Both the position numbers and the translations under genes were made by a program. A stretch of DNA of 64,000 nucleotides from Podospora anserina (lineage: Eukaryota), in NCBI GenBank assembly GCA_017654855.1, contig CM030332.1, positions 4,278,001-4,342,000 of the forward strand, written 5' to 3'. The notes under the pieces were generated by a model. It saw only the letters and a program-made list of their open reading frames with translations, did no database searches and was not told the origin of the DNA. This document shows positions 36,134 to 48,207 of the stretch, piece after piece (the first letter of the stretch is position 1; every line of letters begins with the position of its first letter).

Positions 36134-37077
36134 TTATAATGTTGGCCCTGCCTTTGTTGGTTTAGAGACGGACTCATTTTGCATGATTCAAGTGGGCGAC
36201 TGAAGGAAATAGCTTTTGGTGGAATGATACCTTGGACATTGACGGACGGTTGGCTGAGGACCTCGGCATTTTCACATATACGTTTTTTGGGGGGGTTTCT
36301 TTTTGGATGTTATGCTTCTTCCTGTTTGTTATTGATGGGAAGAAATGAGAGGGGGTATGACGCAACGAAGTTCCATGTCGATGCTGTCTGAGCGTTCGGG
36401 GATCATTGAGCATGTGAGTGTTGAGCGGAAATCATCGATGGTTTTGGACGTGTAACGATAACAAGCCACCGTATCATGTGAGAAGGCGGTTGGGGGACTG
36501 AGGAAGCTGTGAGGAGTGAAGGCTAAGGCATAACATACTATACTATGCATCTGTACTTTTCACTTTTATCTTTCTATATTCCCACCGTTTCATTTTCTGT
36601 TGGCTTCACCATTCATCGGGCAATACCCCGTTTCTCTTTACTCAGTCTCACTCACACCTTTCTTCGGATACGTTTAAAGAGCAATACATATCAAGCGGCT
36701 GGTTCGCCGAGCAGTGTAACAGAGCAACGCATGGGGTTCATCAGACATGAGAAAAAGTGATAGGATACGATGTACAAGTCTGTGGTCTTGTTCATATGCA
36801 AATGCCCCCTATAGCAAGATTACAAAGAGATGTCTCTCAGACGAGAATGGAAAAGAAAACCCAACGACCACCACTGACCGAACCCTCTCATGAAACCAAC
36901 AACGGCAATAAACTAATAGGAAAAAAACATGCTATATATGATTTCAACCAACTCCCTCCCAAATTCAAACGCCGCGCTCGTGATAATCTATACCCGAATG
37001 CCCATTTTTCTCCATTTCGAAACGAAACAACAACCCCTATTATCACCCCCTTGATACTACACCAACTGCTGCTGTTG

Positions 37078-38859
37078 TTACACATACCTCAACTTCTTCG
37101 TCACCACCGCCGCCACCAACGACCCCAACGCCCCCAAAAACATCGTCACGGCAATCGCGTTCGGCCCCGTCGGATCGGCCGTCTCGCTAGGGTGCGCCTC
37201 GTGCGCCAGCTCGGGGCTCTTCCCCGGCTCCAGCATCGCAAACACCATCCCGCTCATCAGCGTGCTAAGAAACTGGGGAATCGTGACATAAATGTTTAAG
37301 ATACCGAAATAAACCCCGCTCAGGCCGCCAGATGAAGAACTACTCTCCTCGTCCGGCTTGCCCATCTCCAGCACCGAGACGTCCCGCATCTCAATATTTC
37401 TTGCTGTGGGGTCTGGCTGTCCGCTGAGTTTATTTACTTCGATTCCGAGAAAGGTCGTCGGCGCCCACCCGGCCACGCTCCAGGGGATGCCGCAGAGGGC
37501 GACGATCGCCGTGGCGAAGCGGAACGAGGTCGCGAACGGGGTGATAAACATTGCGCAGGCGAACATGATGTTCCCCGCGATCCAGGCGGTCAAGAGGTCG
37601 GGTTTGTACTTGTTGAAGGTGTTGATCAGGGGGGCAATGCTGGCCGGGGGCCGGTGGGTGAAGCTCTTGTCTTCGGGGGCTTGGATCAGCACCGGCAGGA
37701 CCCAGGCGCTGATGAAGGAGACGGTCGAGTACACCGTCAGGGCTGTGCTGCCGATGCGGCCCATGTCGCCGAGGGCGTCGTCAGAGTTGCGGGCGTCGGC
37801 CGAGACGTCGTAGCGGAAGTACGTCTCGCCTACCCAGGTGCTGCTGTAGACGATGAAGGGGAACCAGCCGATCCAGGACCAGAAGACGGCGTTGCAGATG
37901 GCTTGGATGCGCGGTGGGAGGGTGAGGACTGTGGACCAGATCTGGCGGACGACTTTGAAGCGCACGTCGGTTTGGCGGGGGTCGTGGCGGACCGAGAGGA
38001 GGATTCGTTCGGTGACTGCCCAGCATGTTATGAAGGCGGTGGCGAGCATGCCCAGGGCGGCGATGACGGTGAGCTGTTTGAACTGGGTGTCTCCGAGTGT
38101 TGGTCCGAAGATACCGACCAGGTCGATTGCGCCCATGGCATAACCAATAATATGGCCAAGGGAACCCATTCGACTTGCTAAACAACGTTTTGTGTTAGTA
38201 TCTGGGTGAGTTTTGCGCTTGGTGATGTTCAGGCTTACCCCAGGCAGCACCGGTTTGCTGTTTGGATATTGGGAGTGTGTCTACCACTAAACTCCTGCCG
38301 CAAGACATGACGGCATTAATGGAGAAATCAACCGAGTACAACGAAAGGACCGCAAGCACAATGGTCATCAGTTGTGCAGTGTCCTTGTCACTAATGAAGA
38401 AATCCACAATCTCCTTGGTGAAGCCCAGCGCAAGTAAACTGCCGGACACGATGAAAGACCCTATAACGATGATGGGCCGCCGCCTCCCCCATTTCGACGT
38501 CGATTCATCAGCTACAACACCGATAATGGGCTGAACTATCAGCCCCGATAATGGCCCCGCGACCCAAACCAGAGATGTCTGCCCCTTTGATAGTCCGAGT
38601 GAGAGGAGGTATGGGGTACAATCTGTGCAAGAAGGCTGTCAGTACGCCATTGAATGAAAACTTATATGGGTATATCTTACAAGTCATTTCCACTCCCCAT
38701 GTGAAGCTATATGTAAACCGTTGGTCAGCAATTCAACTCTCCCCCAGAGGTGGATAGACCATCTACTAACGTGATGCCAATGGATACGCATGTCAATAAG
38801 AACATGCGCATCGTCTCGGTGCTCCCCTTCACGCTCGGTTTCCCACTCCATGTCGACAT
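37078..38859 (-). CDS. MFS GPH-type sucrose/alpha-glucoside:H+ symporter (Sut1-like); exons 38859-38771, 38706-38681, 38622-38239, 38177-37078
   Basis: The spliced N-terminus reads MSTWSGKPSVKGSTETMRMFLLTCVSIGITFTWGVEMTYCTPYLL…GPLSGLIVQP…WGRRRP. Later motifs include DFSINAV, FWSWIGWFPF and GILNIYVTIPQ. Three GT-AG introns. Confidence 0.88.
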
Positions 38860-40570
38860 GTTCGGGTCGGATTTCACGACGTAATGTAGTGTGGTCCCCT
38901 ATCCCAACGCCCCACGTTGGCAGCCACAAACGGTCGGCGGCGTTGTGGAATCGTCGCGCCGGCGTGCGCTATCCCTGCGCTCGTCGCCTGGCAAGAATTG
39001 GATGCGATTAACGAATATGCTGTTCGAGAAAGGCGCCCTGTGTTAGCATTCTTTGTCCGCTTAACCTAAGACCTCGGGGGTTCGGTCGTGTTTGCGCCGA
39101 AGCAACGAGGCGGTGTCTATCTTCCCGAGACCACGATAGGATTATCTCTCACCATCTAGCATCAATCAAGCCTCGCAAATTTGCGCGAGCTTGAAAGAAA
39201 AGGGCTCGGTATCTATTCGCACTCGGATCAAGGTCGCACAATGTGTCTCGTTTCGGGCTGGCACAGTTGCAATTCGCGGGCAATGGCTCCGTGGGTTGGT
39301 GGATGGTCAACTTTCGCGGCGCATACGGTAAGAATTAAAGCAATAGTGAGAGTGAATGGGCAAGAAGAATTATGTCTGAGACAAGAGCAAAGAGAGAAGC
39401 AAAAGACTTGGAGCCGAGATGTGTCGTTATCTTTTTGCTGTTGCTCTCTCCAGTTGGATCGCATCCACGCCGTGCGCCAAGAAGGGCAGAGCTGTGTAAC
39501 ACTGGCCCTTGACTAAGACAAACCACCCAAAATAGGGGGGAGGTGACGTACCAAAGCCCGAGCGGACAGGGGTCTTATAGGGCAGCTCTTGGCTATCGTT
39601 TCAATCCTCATCTTATCGCATCTTGAACTTAGGTAAACTTACATAAGAAATGCGACAGTGAAGAACATTGTGAATCTAGAACGACCGCTAGCGCATGTTG
39701 GACGACATGCAGCGATCTGGCTTCAACTATTGCTCTGCTCGCTACTACTATTATATTTGTATGAAGTAGCTGTCGTGAGACGTTACTAGCCAACAGAGAC
39801 TTGACCTGCGACCAGATGACGTTGCGCCAACTCCTAGCCTTCTACTCAGCCGTGATAGTCCACAACGGCGGAAACTCAATTCTTACACAGATATAAGATG
39901 TTGGCATATCGTTGCCTACCGGTACCAAACGCTTTCCCAATGTGAAACCCCAAAGCCGATGCCGTGGTGGATGCTCTTCGGTGGATGCCGCCCCCCACGG
40001 GAGGGTCGGGTTCAGGGCTGGCACGGAGCTACCCCACCATTCCTGACGAGGGGCACCAGTAACGGCGCTCCGATTCAGGAACGTGGATTTGGGTGGTGGG
40101 AGGAGAAAAATCAGGCCGGTGACTCGACCAACAGATATGGGGACTCATTGCGGACCCAAACATGCCGCACTAGAACATAGAAGTACAGAACAGCCCAATC
40201 AGTACATCCCAGTCCATCTCTCTATTCCTAGGTGTGTGTGTCAGTGTTGTGCGTTTTGCGCGTTCCCCGTCCTAGTCATTCTGGCTTCTCGATATTTCAC
40301 CCCGCCATTACCACTGTCCCTGTCGTGTGTCTAGACTCCCTTCCCCAATCTTCTGCAGCACCCTTCTCCATACATGAGAACCTCATTGACTGACCCATAC
40401 TCAAAGGTGAACGTCTTCTCCTGCAGTCTGCCGCTGTACACCCCGCGCAATCCCACGTTGAAGTTACCCTGGACCCCCCCCCAGGCCGGCCGTTACCCTC
40501 TCTTCCTGTTTGGTAAACCACCCTACCCTTCCCTCTCCAGCGCATATTAGGAGCCACGTCCCCAGTCAGT

Positions 40571-41800
40571 ATGGATTTGGTAAACAGGTTGGTTTTTCCT
40601 TCCCCTCCATCCCCTCTGCTTTGTGCTGTCCTGTCTGGTTTGGTTTGCGCCAGTTTCTTCCCCATATATATCATGCCTCCACCAGAGCTGATCAGTCTCA
40701 ACAGCCTAGAAGGCCGTCTGCTCTTCGCAGTTCCTAAGAGTACGCGCCTCCCTTCTCCCCTCCTCTAACCTCCCACCCATATTGACACCTCCGAAAAGAA
40801 GGTCGTCTCCTCCAAGCAGCCCTCAACCTCCTCGAAGGCGCCGACATCCAGTTCAAGCGCGAGAGCCGCCTCGACATCGCCCTCGTCAAGAACCTCCCCA
40901 TCGCCCTCGTCTTCCTCCCCGCGGCCGACATCCCCACCTTCGTCGGCGAGGGCCGCGTCGACCTCGGCATCACGGGCTATGACCAGGTCCAGGAGCACGA
41001 CGCCGGCGTCCGCGCCATCGCGCGCGCCCGCCGCATGAGCAACGAGTGGTCCCCCAAGGACGAGAAGCCCCGGGGCTGCGACACCATCCTCGACCTCGGG
41101 TTCGGCTCCTGCAAGCTCCAGATACAGGTCCCGGCCAAGGGGGAGTACCAGACGGGCAAGGACCTGATCGGGAAGAACATCGGCACCAGCTTTGTCCACC
41201 TCGCGTCCGAGTACTTTGCCAGGTTGGAGCTCGAGCAGGAGGGCATCAAGGTCGACAGCACGGCCAGCTATGCCGGGAGGAAACTCAGGACGAAGATTAT
41301 TGAGTTGAGCGGGAGTGTCGAGGCGGCGTGCGCGTTGGGTGTGGCGGATGGTATTGTTGATCTTGTCGGTATGCTTCTTTTCTCTCCCATGTTTATTCTT
41401 CCCCTTACTAACCCCATCAAAAGAATCCGGCGAAACAATGAAAGCCGCCGGTCTCAAAGCCATCGAAACCGTGGTCGAAACCTCGGCCATCCTCATCAAG
41501 TCAAAGGCCCCCTCCAACCCAGCCATGGTCGACCTCATCGCCGCCCGCATCAACGGCGTCATCACGGCCCAAAAGTACGTCCTCTGCCAGTACAACGTCC
41601 CCCGCGCCCAGCTCGTCGACGCGACAAAGGTCACCCCCGGCAAGCGCGCCCCCACCGTCACCTCCCTCGAGGAGGACGGCTGGGTCGCCGTCAGCGCTAT
41701 GGTCGAGAAGAAGCGGATCGCGCCTGTTATGGACGACCTCACCAAGGTTGGCGCGACGGATATTCTTGTTTTGGACATTCACAACACCCGTGGGAGCTGA
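40571..41800 (+). CDS. HIS1: ATP phosphoribosyltransferase; exons 40571-40587, 40705-40739, 40799-41368, 41424-41800
   Basis: The spliced protein reads MDLVNSLEGRLLFAVPKKGRL…FLPAADIPTFVGEGRVDLGITG…GSVEAACALGVADGIVDLVESGETM…TPGKRAPTV…GATDILVL. Confidence 0.95.
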
Positions 41801-42435
41801 GTGTGACGATGGAGGCAGAAAAAGGACTGTCAGAAAAGGGGGTCGGGGTTTGGGATACTTAAAAAATTGATACCTGTAAAAGTTTTTCTGATCTTGGTGA
41901 GATCTTTGCAATGTTGGGTGTAAAAACTCTTTGGATTTTGTGAAGGCTATCCACCTATACATGTATGGGTCTTCTGATACCCCCGACTAGCGACCGTTTG
42001 GCAGTCTCGTAGAGAGTCCGTTACCCCTGAATAAAGTCATGACTTGGATAGAGAAAAAGGAATGATACGCGGTATGGAACGCAATTACAAACAGATACAA
42101 TTTCAGTCTTGCGAAATCCTCAGGTCCAGTTGCCGAAAGAGAGAATGGGGGATATATCAAGGAAAATAACACGACCCCCTCACAAACGCCATTGTTTCTT
42201 TCCCATAAAAGACCAAAAAGACCACACACCAAGGAAAATCAGAACCATTTCTTCCTCATTCATCAAGATCCCCACTACTGCGATAAGCAGCAGATCTTTC
42301 CGTCTCTCCTATCTTAACTCGCCAGAGTCCTAACTCGGAATAAGGCCCCCCAAAACAAAAGAAACATTAACAGTTTGTGGCAAAATAAATACAAATGAAA
42401 AAATATACGGGCGAAAGAAGAATAGAAAAGAAAGA

Positions 42436-44731
42436 TCAGTAGATCGGCCTTCCCGGTCCCTCCTCCCAGTTCCTGTGCGGCACAACCTCTTGCTCATCCT
42501 CATCCTTTACGCCAGGACCCCACGACACTCTCATGCTTTTTCTTCCCGACCTCCTCGCCGAACCCTCACCGTTGGCGATCCTGCTTGGCCCAATCCACTC
42601 CCAGGCACGACCGACTTCACCATTGTGACTCTCCCTCTGCCCGGTCCGAACATTGGCGTTTTGCTCAACCAGAGCACGAACCCGAGTCCACAGGCGCTCC
42701 CGGTCAGCCAGGCTGTGCATCGAGCGAAGCAGATCGTCCCTAAGGTTTGGCAAGAAAAGGAAGGCGTCCTCCTTCTCATCCTCAAAAGCGAGTTCCTTCT
42801 GATTGGCGAGGCGATCAAGGACAACGTCAACCAGGGCCGGCACCCGCGCTGCCAGAGCGCGGTTCTTCTGGAAGCGGCGACGCCCATAAAGAATCGACAG
42901 TAGCGACATGATTAGTCCACCAATAGAGAGTCGATGTCTTGCCAGTCCGAGCTTCGCCGACCGCTGGATGGCGCACGTGAGCGGAAGGCCAGCGAGAGAG
43001 GTGGACGATAGGCTGGTGGTAGGAAAGCCTCCGGCACTTCCGGTTCTACAGGTCCAGCCACGGGTCTGGTTAGTCAAGATGTGTCAGATACCAAGAAATA
43101 TGAGCACGACAGCCGCAGAACAAGAGGGACTCCATGCTGGTTGTACAGGGGCCGGGCAAAACTTACACATTTTCATCGCTGTGGACTTCCACTTCACCCC
43201 GAGACTTGACCTCTCCAATCGCGGCAATCCAAAGGTCGTCAAACTCATCAGCGGCCATTCTCTTGCTCCGCTTTTGGCTAAGAATTTGTTTAAGCTCCGC
43301 TTCGTCGATCGACGGGCTGTCCAATGGCTGCCCCTCTGGCTCGAGAGGTTCACCGCACTCGTACTTGGCCCTTCGATCCCGCAGCTCCTCGACAGCCTTG
43401 TCTGCAACAGCCTGAACACGGCGAACCTTCTCTCCATCTGGCTCACAAGTGGGAGGCAGTGGGATGACTCCGCCGAGGGAAAGCGGATGAGGCTTCAGGA
43501 GAAAGTCGGGCTCACAGCGAGCAGTGAAGTCCTCGTAGCAGTAGGCGTGTGGAGGGCAAGGCTCGCATTGGGCTTCAATATAGGTGAAGACCCACTCAGG
43601 AACCTGAATATCCTCGATATCGAAACGGGAGGCAACCTCTGACGCCCACTCTGGGATCCGAATAGTCGACGGAATAAGTTCGGTAGGCTCCCGGCCCAAG
43701 CCACAGTATCCCACCGCAACCTTCTCTTGCCTGTACCAAGCAGCATAGGCGACAAGGAGTGTCGTAAATAGAACCCAGAATGGTGTCGACAAGCTCGACT
43801 TCTTCTTGAGAGGAGGCGGCTGCCGAGCAAGAGCGAGCTGAGGATTGGCAGCCTCCTCCTGCATGAGAGCCAACTGTTCATCAGGAGTGAACTCCTCCCC
43901 AGCTTCCATCTCTGGTGTCTGAGCCCTGTAGTTGGCAGCAGGGATCTCAAACGTTCGGCTGATTGTAGATGGTGCGGGAGTGCCCCCAAACACGGGGCCG
44001 TCCGTCTGACGGCGAGAGGTCGAAGGCGTGACGAATTGCTGTCTCCTCACAGAGTCAAACCCTGACGTCTTGCGACGATGCGAGGGCGTCTTGATCGCTG
44101 TTGCGGGAGTGTTCGCCCCACTCTGGAACGGGTTATCACTGCTGAACACGCTCTCTGTCTCTGGCGTACGCTTGAAAAAGTTATCGCGCTGATCCGGCTC
44201 TGCCTTGGGTGTCTTGAAAGGAGTTTCGCGGGTAATGGTCCGAGGTGGCTCAGGCTCGGCGGCAGTCTCGGCGTCGGAAAACGATGGTGGTTGCGCGCTG
44301 ACGGAGCGCGATGTCCTCTTCCGAGGGCTGCTGGCCCGGTTTCGCGCAGGCGTCACCACAGGAAGGTGCTCTGGGTCTTCCGACTCGCGCTTGATCCTCG
44401 TAGGCTTCCTTGGCGACCTTGACCGACGCGACACCGAGGCCGGAGGTGGTGGCAGGTCCTCGTAGTCGTTGCCGAAATCAGTGCTGCTCGTGTGTTCGGA
44501 ATCAGCGTCGACAATACCGCGGCTCATCCGCTTGACACGAGCGCGCGCAGCAAGAATCTTCTTGGACTGCGGAAGCACCTGATCGACAAAGAGCTCGATC
44601 AGGTCTGACTTCTTTGCGGTCGATGGATATTGAACATTATAAGTGACCAGAATTGACCGCAGTCGCGGCACCGTCAACGACTTTGGATCGAAGTCCGGCT
44701 GCAGGTAGTCGACACTCTCAGTGTCGGACAT
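42436..44731 (-). CDS. SRC1: Inner nuclear membrane LEM/HEH-domain protein Src1/Heh1 (Man1-Src1p C-terminal domain); exons 44731-43167, 43045-42436
   Basis: N-terminal HEH domain (YLQPDFDPKSLTVPRLRSIL…KKSDLIELF), TM1, luminal GYCG and CEPCPPHAYC…CEPD, TM2, and a C-terminal VEQNANVR…WEWIG winged-helix segment. Confidence 0.92.
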
Positions 44732-45182
44732 GGCGGCGGTCGTCTCGTAGGGCGGTGTGGTTGTAGATGGCGGTAATAGCAAGTTCAAATTTAAAAGAAG
44801 GGTTGGGAAAGGGAAAGGCGAAGAAGTTGCGACCAGATAGGGAGAAGCTTATCGGCGGGTGCCTTGAGCTGCCTGCGCTTTGTCAGTTGCCGGAGAGCTG
44901 CTGCGACAGGTTGGTATGATTCTGTCAATGACGATGCATGCGGCCGATATACAGGCAGAACCTGGAGTCGCGGAGCAAGCGAAGAGTTCCAGAAAACTGA
45001 GACACGAGGTGCTTCCCTTCTCTGGACAGATATGAATGAAACGAAGCGGGGGATAAGGAGAAAAAAAGTTCACAGCTTCTGTTGATGTTGCGAAGTGGGC
45101 TCGACGCATCAGTACACAAAATACAAGGATGACGAAAGTGGAGTGCCAAGTTTTGGTTGTCGGTGGCAACAGCTGGTGCTTT

Positions 45183-45214
45183 CACGTGGGGCAAAATCTG
45201 GGGTCAGCCACGTG
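45183..45214. promoter_or_regulatory. Paired CACGTG E-boxes (Pho4/NUC-1 or Cbf1 type) upstream of SRC1
   Basis: TCACGTGGG with its core at 45183-45188 and CCACGTGTG with its core at 45209-45214, about 450 bp upstream of the SRC1 ATG. Confidence 0.35.
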
Positions 45215-45474
45215 TGGCTTAGCATCATCACTCGCCACTCTTGACATCGACAAGATGGTTCTGAATAGCTTCACTTTGCTCAAATGTGCAATATTGGTCA
45301 GATTTCCGGGATATTTTTGATTTTTCTACTTTTGAGGTACCTTCACCTAGCTTTATGAGACAAGAAACCAATTAAAATACTGATACCGCCTTCCAACATA
45401 ATTAACATAACAACCCTAACCCCGAAAATATGCCCCTGAATTTCCCTTTCCATTACCACGGTTGATTCGTTCTG

Positions 45475-46878
45475 TTAAAGCACTTGAATTCTCTTGATCT
45501 CCCCAGTGCCCTTCTCCTTCTTCTTCTTGGGAACGACAATAAACAAGACACCGTCCTCCAGCTTTGCACTGATCCCATCCGCATCCACCTCCACATCACT
45601 GTTCTCCGTCTCCGCAGGCGGCATCTTGATCTTCTTCTCGAACAACCCAACCGTCCTCTCCGCTGTAACCAGCCCCTTCAAAAACTCCTCATCTCCAGGC
45701 CTGTAGATCACCCCACTAATCACAAGCACACCTCTCTCCTTGTCCCAATGAACACCCACATCCCGCTTCTTCGCCCCCGGAACAGCAACGTGCACAGCCC
45801 AAGCATTGTTCGAATCAAACACATCCGCCGGCGGGCTGGCAGTCTCCTCTCCCTCAAACAACACCCCCTCCTCCCCTCCATTATTCTCCCCGTTGCTCTG
45901 CCCACCAGAGAAGTACTCCCTCAGCCCCTTGGCCAAAGGGTGCTGTCCCATCACCCACCCCAAATTCCCCAGCCCCCTCACCGCACTCCCGATATCAATC
46001 TGCGGCCCAGAAGCATGTCTCGGCCCACCGAAACCACCTCCCGGTCCAAAATGCGGCGCAAAAGGAGGTCTGCCGAATTCAGCCCCAAATCCATTTGGTC
46101 CGCTGCCCCATCCCCAAGAATTGTGTCTCCCGCCCCCAAACCCACGTCCGCAGCGACCCCTTCTTCCGGGCCCACCACGGCACCGACCTCGATGGCCGGG
46201 ACCGGAAGAAGCAGAGGGGATGTCCTCAGGAGGATCAGGGTGCTCCCTCTCCTTTTCTTTCTCATCCTCAAAGGTAGTCGTAGTAGGGGTGTCGATCCCG
46301 TCTCTCAAGGTCGAGGTGCTCTTCATGTCGTCATCATTCTCCGTTTCCTTCTCCCTCTCCCGAGCACGGTCGTATGCCCCCGTGAGGTCGTGCTCAGCTG
46401 CCCCGGCGGCGGCAGAGATGTCATACAGATCCTCCTCTACCTCTGGCTCACGGCGGGGATGGCTGTGGTTTCGACTGCGGGAGTGAAGACCATGGTGGCC
46501 TCCACGGCCGTGTCTACCGTGACGACCGGGATGGTGGTGATGCCCGTCGGAGTCGTCACCGGTGTCGGCACCAGAGCGAGGGCCAGGGGGCCCGCGACGG
46601 TGAGGAGGGGGAGGGTTGTGAGGAATAGCCCAGGATGGGTTGAAGTTGAAGCCTTCGGGGCCACCGCCGAAAAATCCAAAGGGCGGGAAGGGGGGTTGGG
46701 CACTTACGCCTTCGTTACCCGGGCGAGTATTGGGAGGTGAGGTAGGGCCGGTGCCGCTGGGGGTCATGGAGCGGATAAAATTCCAGAAGCCTTCAGGGCC
46801 GTAGCCGGGAGGGGGAGGGGGAGGTCGGTTTCCTGGGGGAGGACGGCGACCTTGACCTTCTGGGCCATTGAAGGACAT
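45475..46878 (-). CDS. Small heat-shock protein (HSP20/alpha-crystallin domain) with a ~340-aa low-complexity N-terminal extension, 467 aa
   Basis: C-terminal ACD: PPADVF…VHVAVPGAKK…LVISG…ERTVGLFEKKI…ISAKLEDGVLFIVVPK, followed by an IxV tail. First ATG at 46878; TATA-like TATATAA at ~47016-47022 on the minus strand. Confidence 0.85.
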   Translation of the reverse strand: MSFNGPEGQGRRPPPGNRPPPPPPGYGPEGFWNFIRSMTPSGTGPTSPPNTRPGNEGVSAQPPFPPFGFFGGGPEGFNFNPSWAIPHNPPPPHRRGPPGPRSGADTGDDSDGHHHHPGRHGRHGRGGHHGLHSRSRNHSHPRREPEVEEDLYDISAAAGAAEHDLTGAYDRAREREKETENDDDMKSTSTLRDGIDTPTTTTFEDEKEKEREHPDPPEDIPSASSGPGHRGRCRGGPGRRGRCGRGFGGGRHNSWGWGSGPNGFGAEFGRPPFAPHFGPGGGFGGPRHASGPQIDIGSAVRGLGNLGWVMGQHPLAKGLREYFSGGQSNGENNGGEEGVLFEGEETASPPADVFDSNNAWAVHVAVPGAKKRDVGVHWDKERGVLVISGVIYRPGDEEFLKGLVTAERTVGLFEKKIKMPPAETENSDVEVDADGISAKLEDGVLFIVVPKKKKEKGTGEIKRIQVL

Positions 46879-47580
46879 GTTGACTGACTGTGGTAATTTT
46901 TTTCTTGATGCTAAGGTAGGTAAGTAAGCAATGGTGTGAGCGTAGGTAATAGCGAAGTGTGAAGTGATTGCAAAAATGGTATTCGACCCGACGAGAAGGG
47001 GTGTCGAGTCGAGTGTTATATACACTTAAGAGCTAGCTGTTAGCTGATTGCGTACACCCACTTACAAACCTCTCTCCCTGTCAACGCGGCAACTACCTAC
47101 CTAGTCGAAAGCGATGACAAGGCTGCCCAGACCGCGTCAACGATCTCCTGTTTGCTGCTGGGTTTGTGAAACCCCTTGCGATATCTCCGAGCTGGTGGTT
47201 ACAAGCTCCAAGAGAGTTGGGTAGTTCTAGGTGTGCCCCTCGAGCTCTTGTCCCATGCTAAGGAGGGGCACTAGGGGCAAAGTGAGGACGGGACAGTCAT
47301 TTGCCACTTCATGATGACGACGCTCCCTTTCTTTCTCGGTCCACTTCATTGCGCAGTTGTGCAGAAAGACCCCCAGGAAAAGACCAAGCTTTCTTATCTG
47401 ATTGATCATCAACACGTGGATAGCGCATACATGCTGTGGTGCTATGTCGCAATCACAAGCGCTAGTGTCAACTTATTAGAGCATAAATGCTGCGCATGTG
47501 AGCCATATTGTACTACACAAAGCGCAGCAGAAGAATGATATAGAAGTAGTATCGCCGCGCGTTTCTGTTGAAATCTCGAA

Positions 47581-47622
47581 TCATTGTCATTGTCATTGTC
47601 ATTGTCATGGTCATGGTCGTGG
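47581..47622. repeat. (TCATTG)n hexamer tandem repeat decaying to TCATGG/TCGTGG
   Basis: Seen directly; about 7 units. Confidence 0.85.
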
Positions 47623-48207
47623 TTATTGCTATTCAAGATAGCCAGGTCTTGGTAGGAGAGCACCCACGCGGCCTCTAACTCACTGAATAGGGGCTCCACA
47701 AACCACCACATCACCCGCTTCGGAGAGATCAAACCGGTCTCCGAGCTCACCGACCGCCGATGCCGTCTTGCCGTCTTTTCAGCTTCCTCGGTGTTCACAG
47801 GCCGGTAGACAATGACACCGAGCCCCGACGATACAAGCCAGGTGGTAAACGAGACATAAAAACAGATAGTCAACGTTGATAGTGTATTTTCCTCGTCCTC
47901 CCGTTGGGTATCTCCTACTATGCGCCTGCTCTTGGGTTCTCAGACGAACAAGGCGTACAAACCCCCAACTTCTACACAACACATAGACATGTGTAGATTC
48001 AGTGCTGATCCTGATTGTACATATAGGTAATATAAGCAGACATGAATGCCTAAACGCCTGTCGTTGTTGAAATTCCCATTCGCTCATGTTGCAGATGTCA
48101 TGCTCCCCGGCCTTTGCCCAAATTATCGCAACTTTTCCTTCCGAGATATGATCCCGCGCCCGAGTCATCAGATAATAACCGTATTGTAAAACGTATTGGA
48201 TGCTGGA

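Noticed and set aside
40120..40147. TGACTC/GACTCA half-matches to the CPC-1/Gcn4 site upstream of HIS1
   Set aside because: Biologically expected, but neither is a full TGACTCA, so too weak to call.
43046..43168. GT-GTAAGT start resembling a [D2,3] spliceosomal twin intron (also at 26664)
   Set aside because: No internal acceptor regenerates a consensus donor while leaving an outer intron of workable length (it would be ~22 nt in SRC1).
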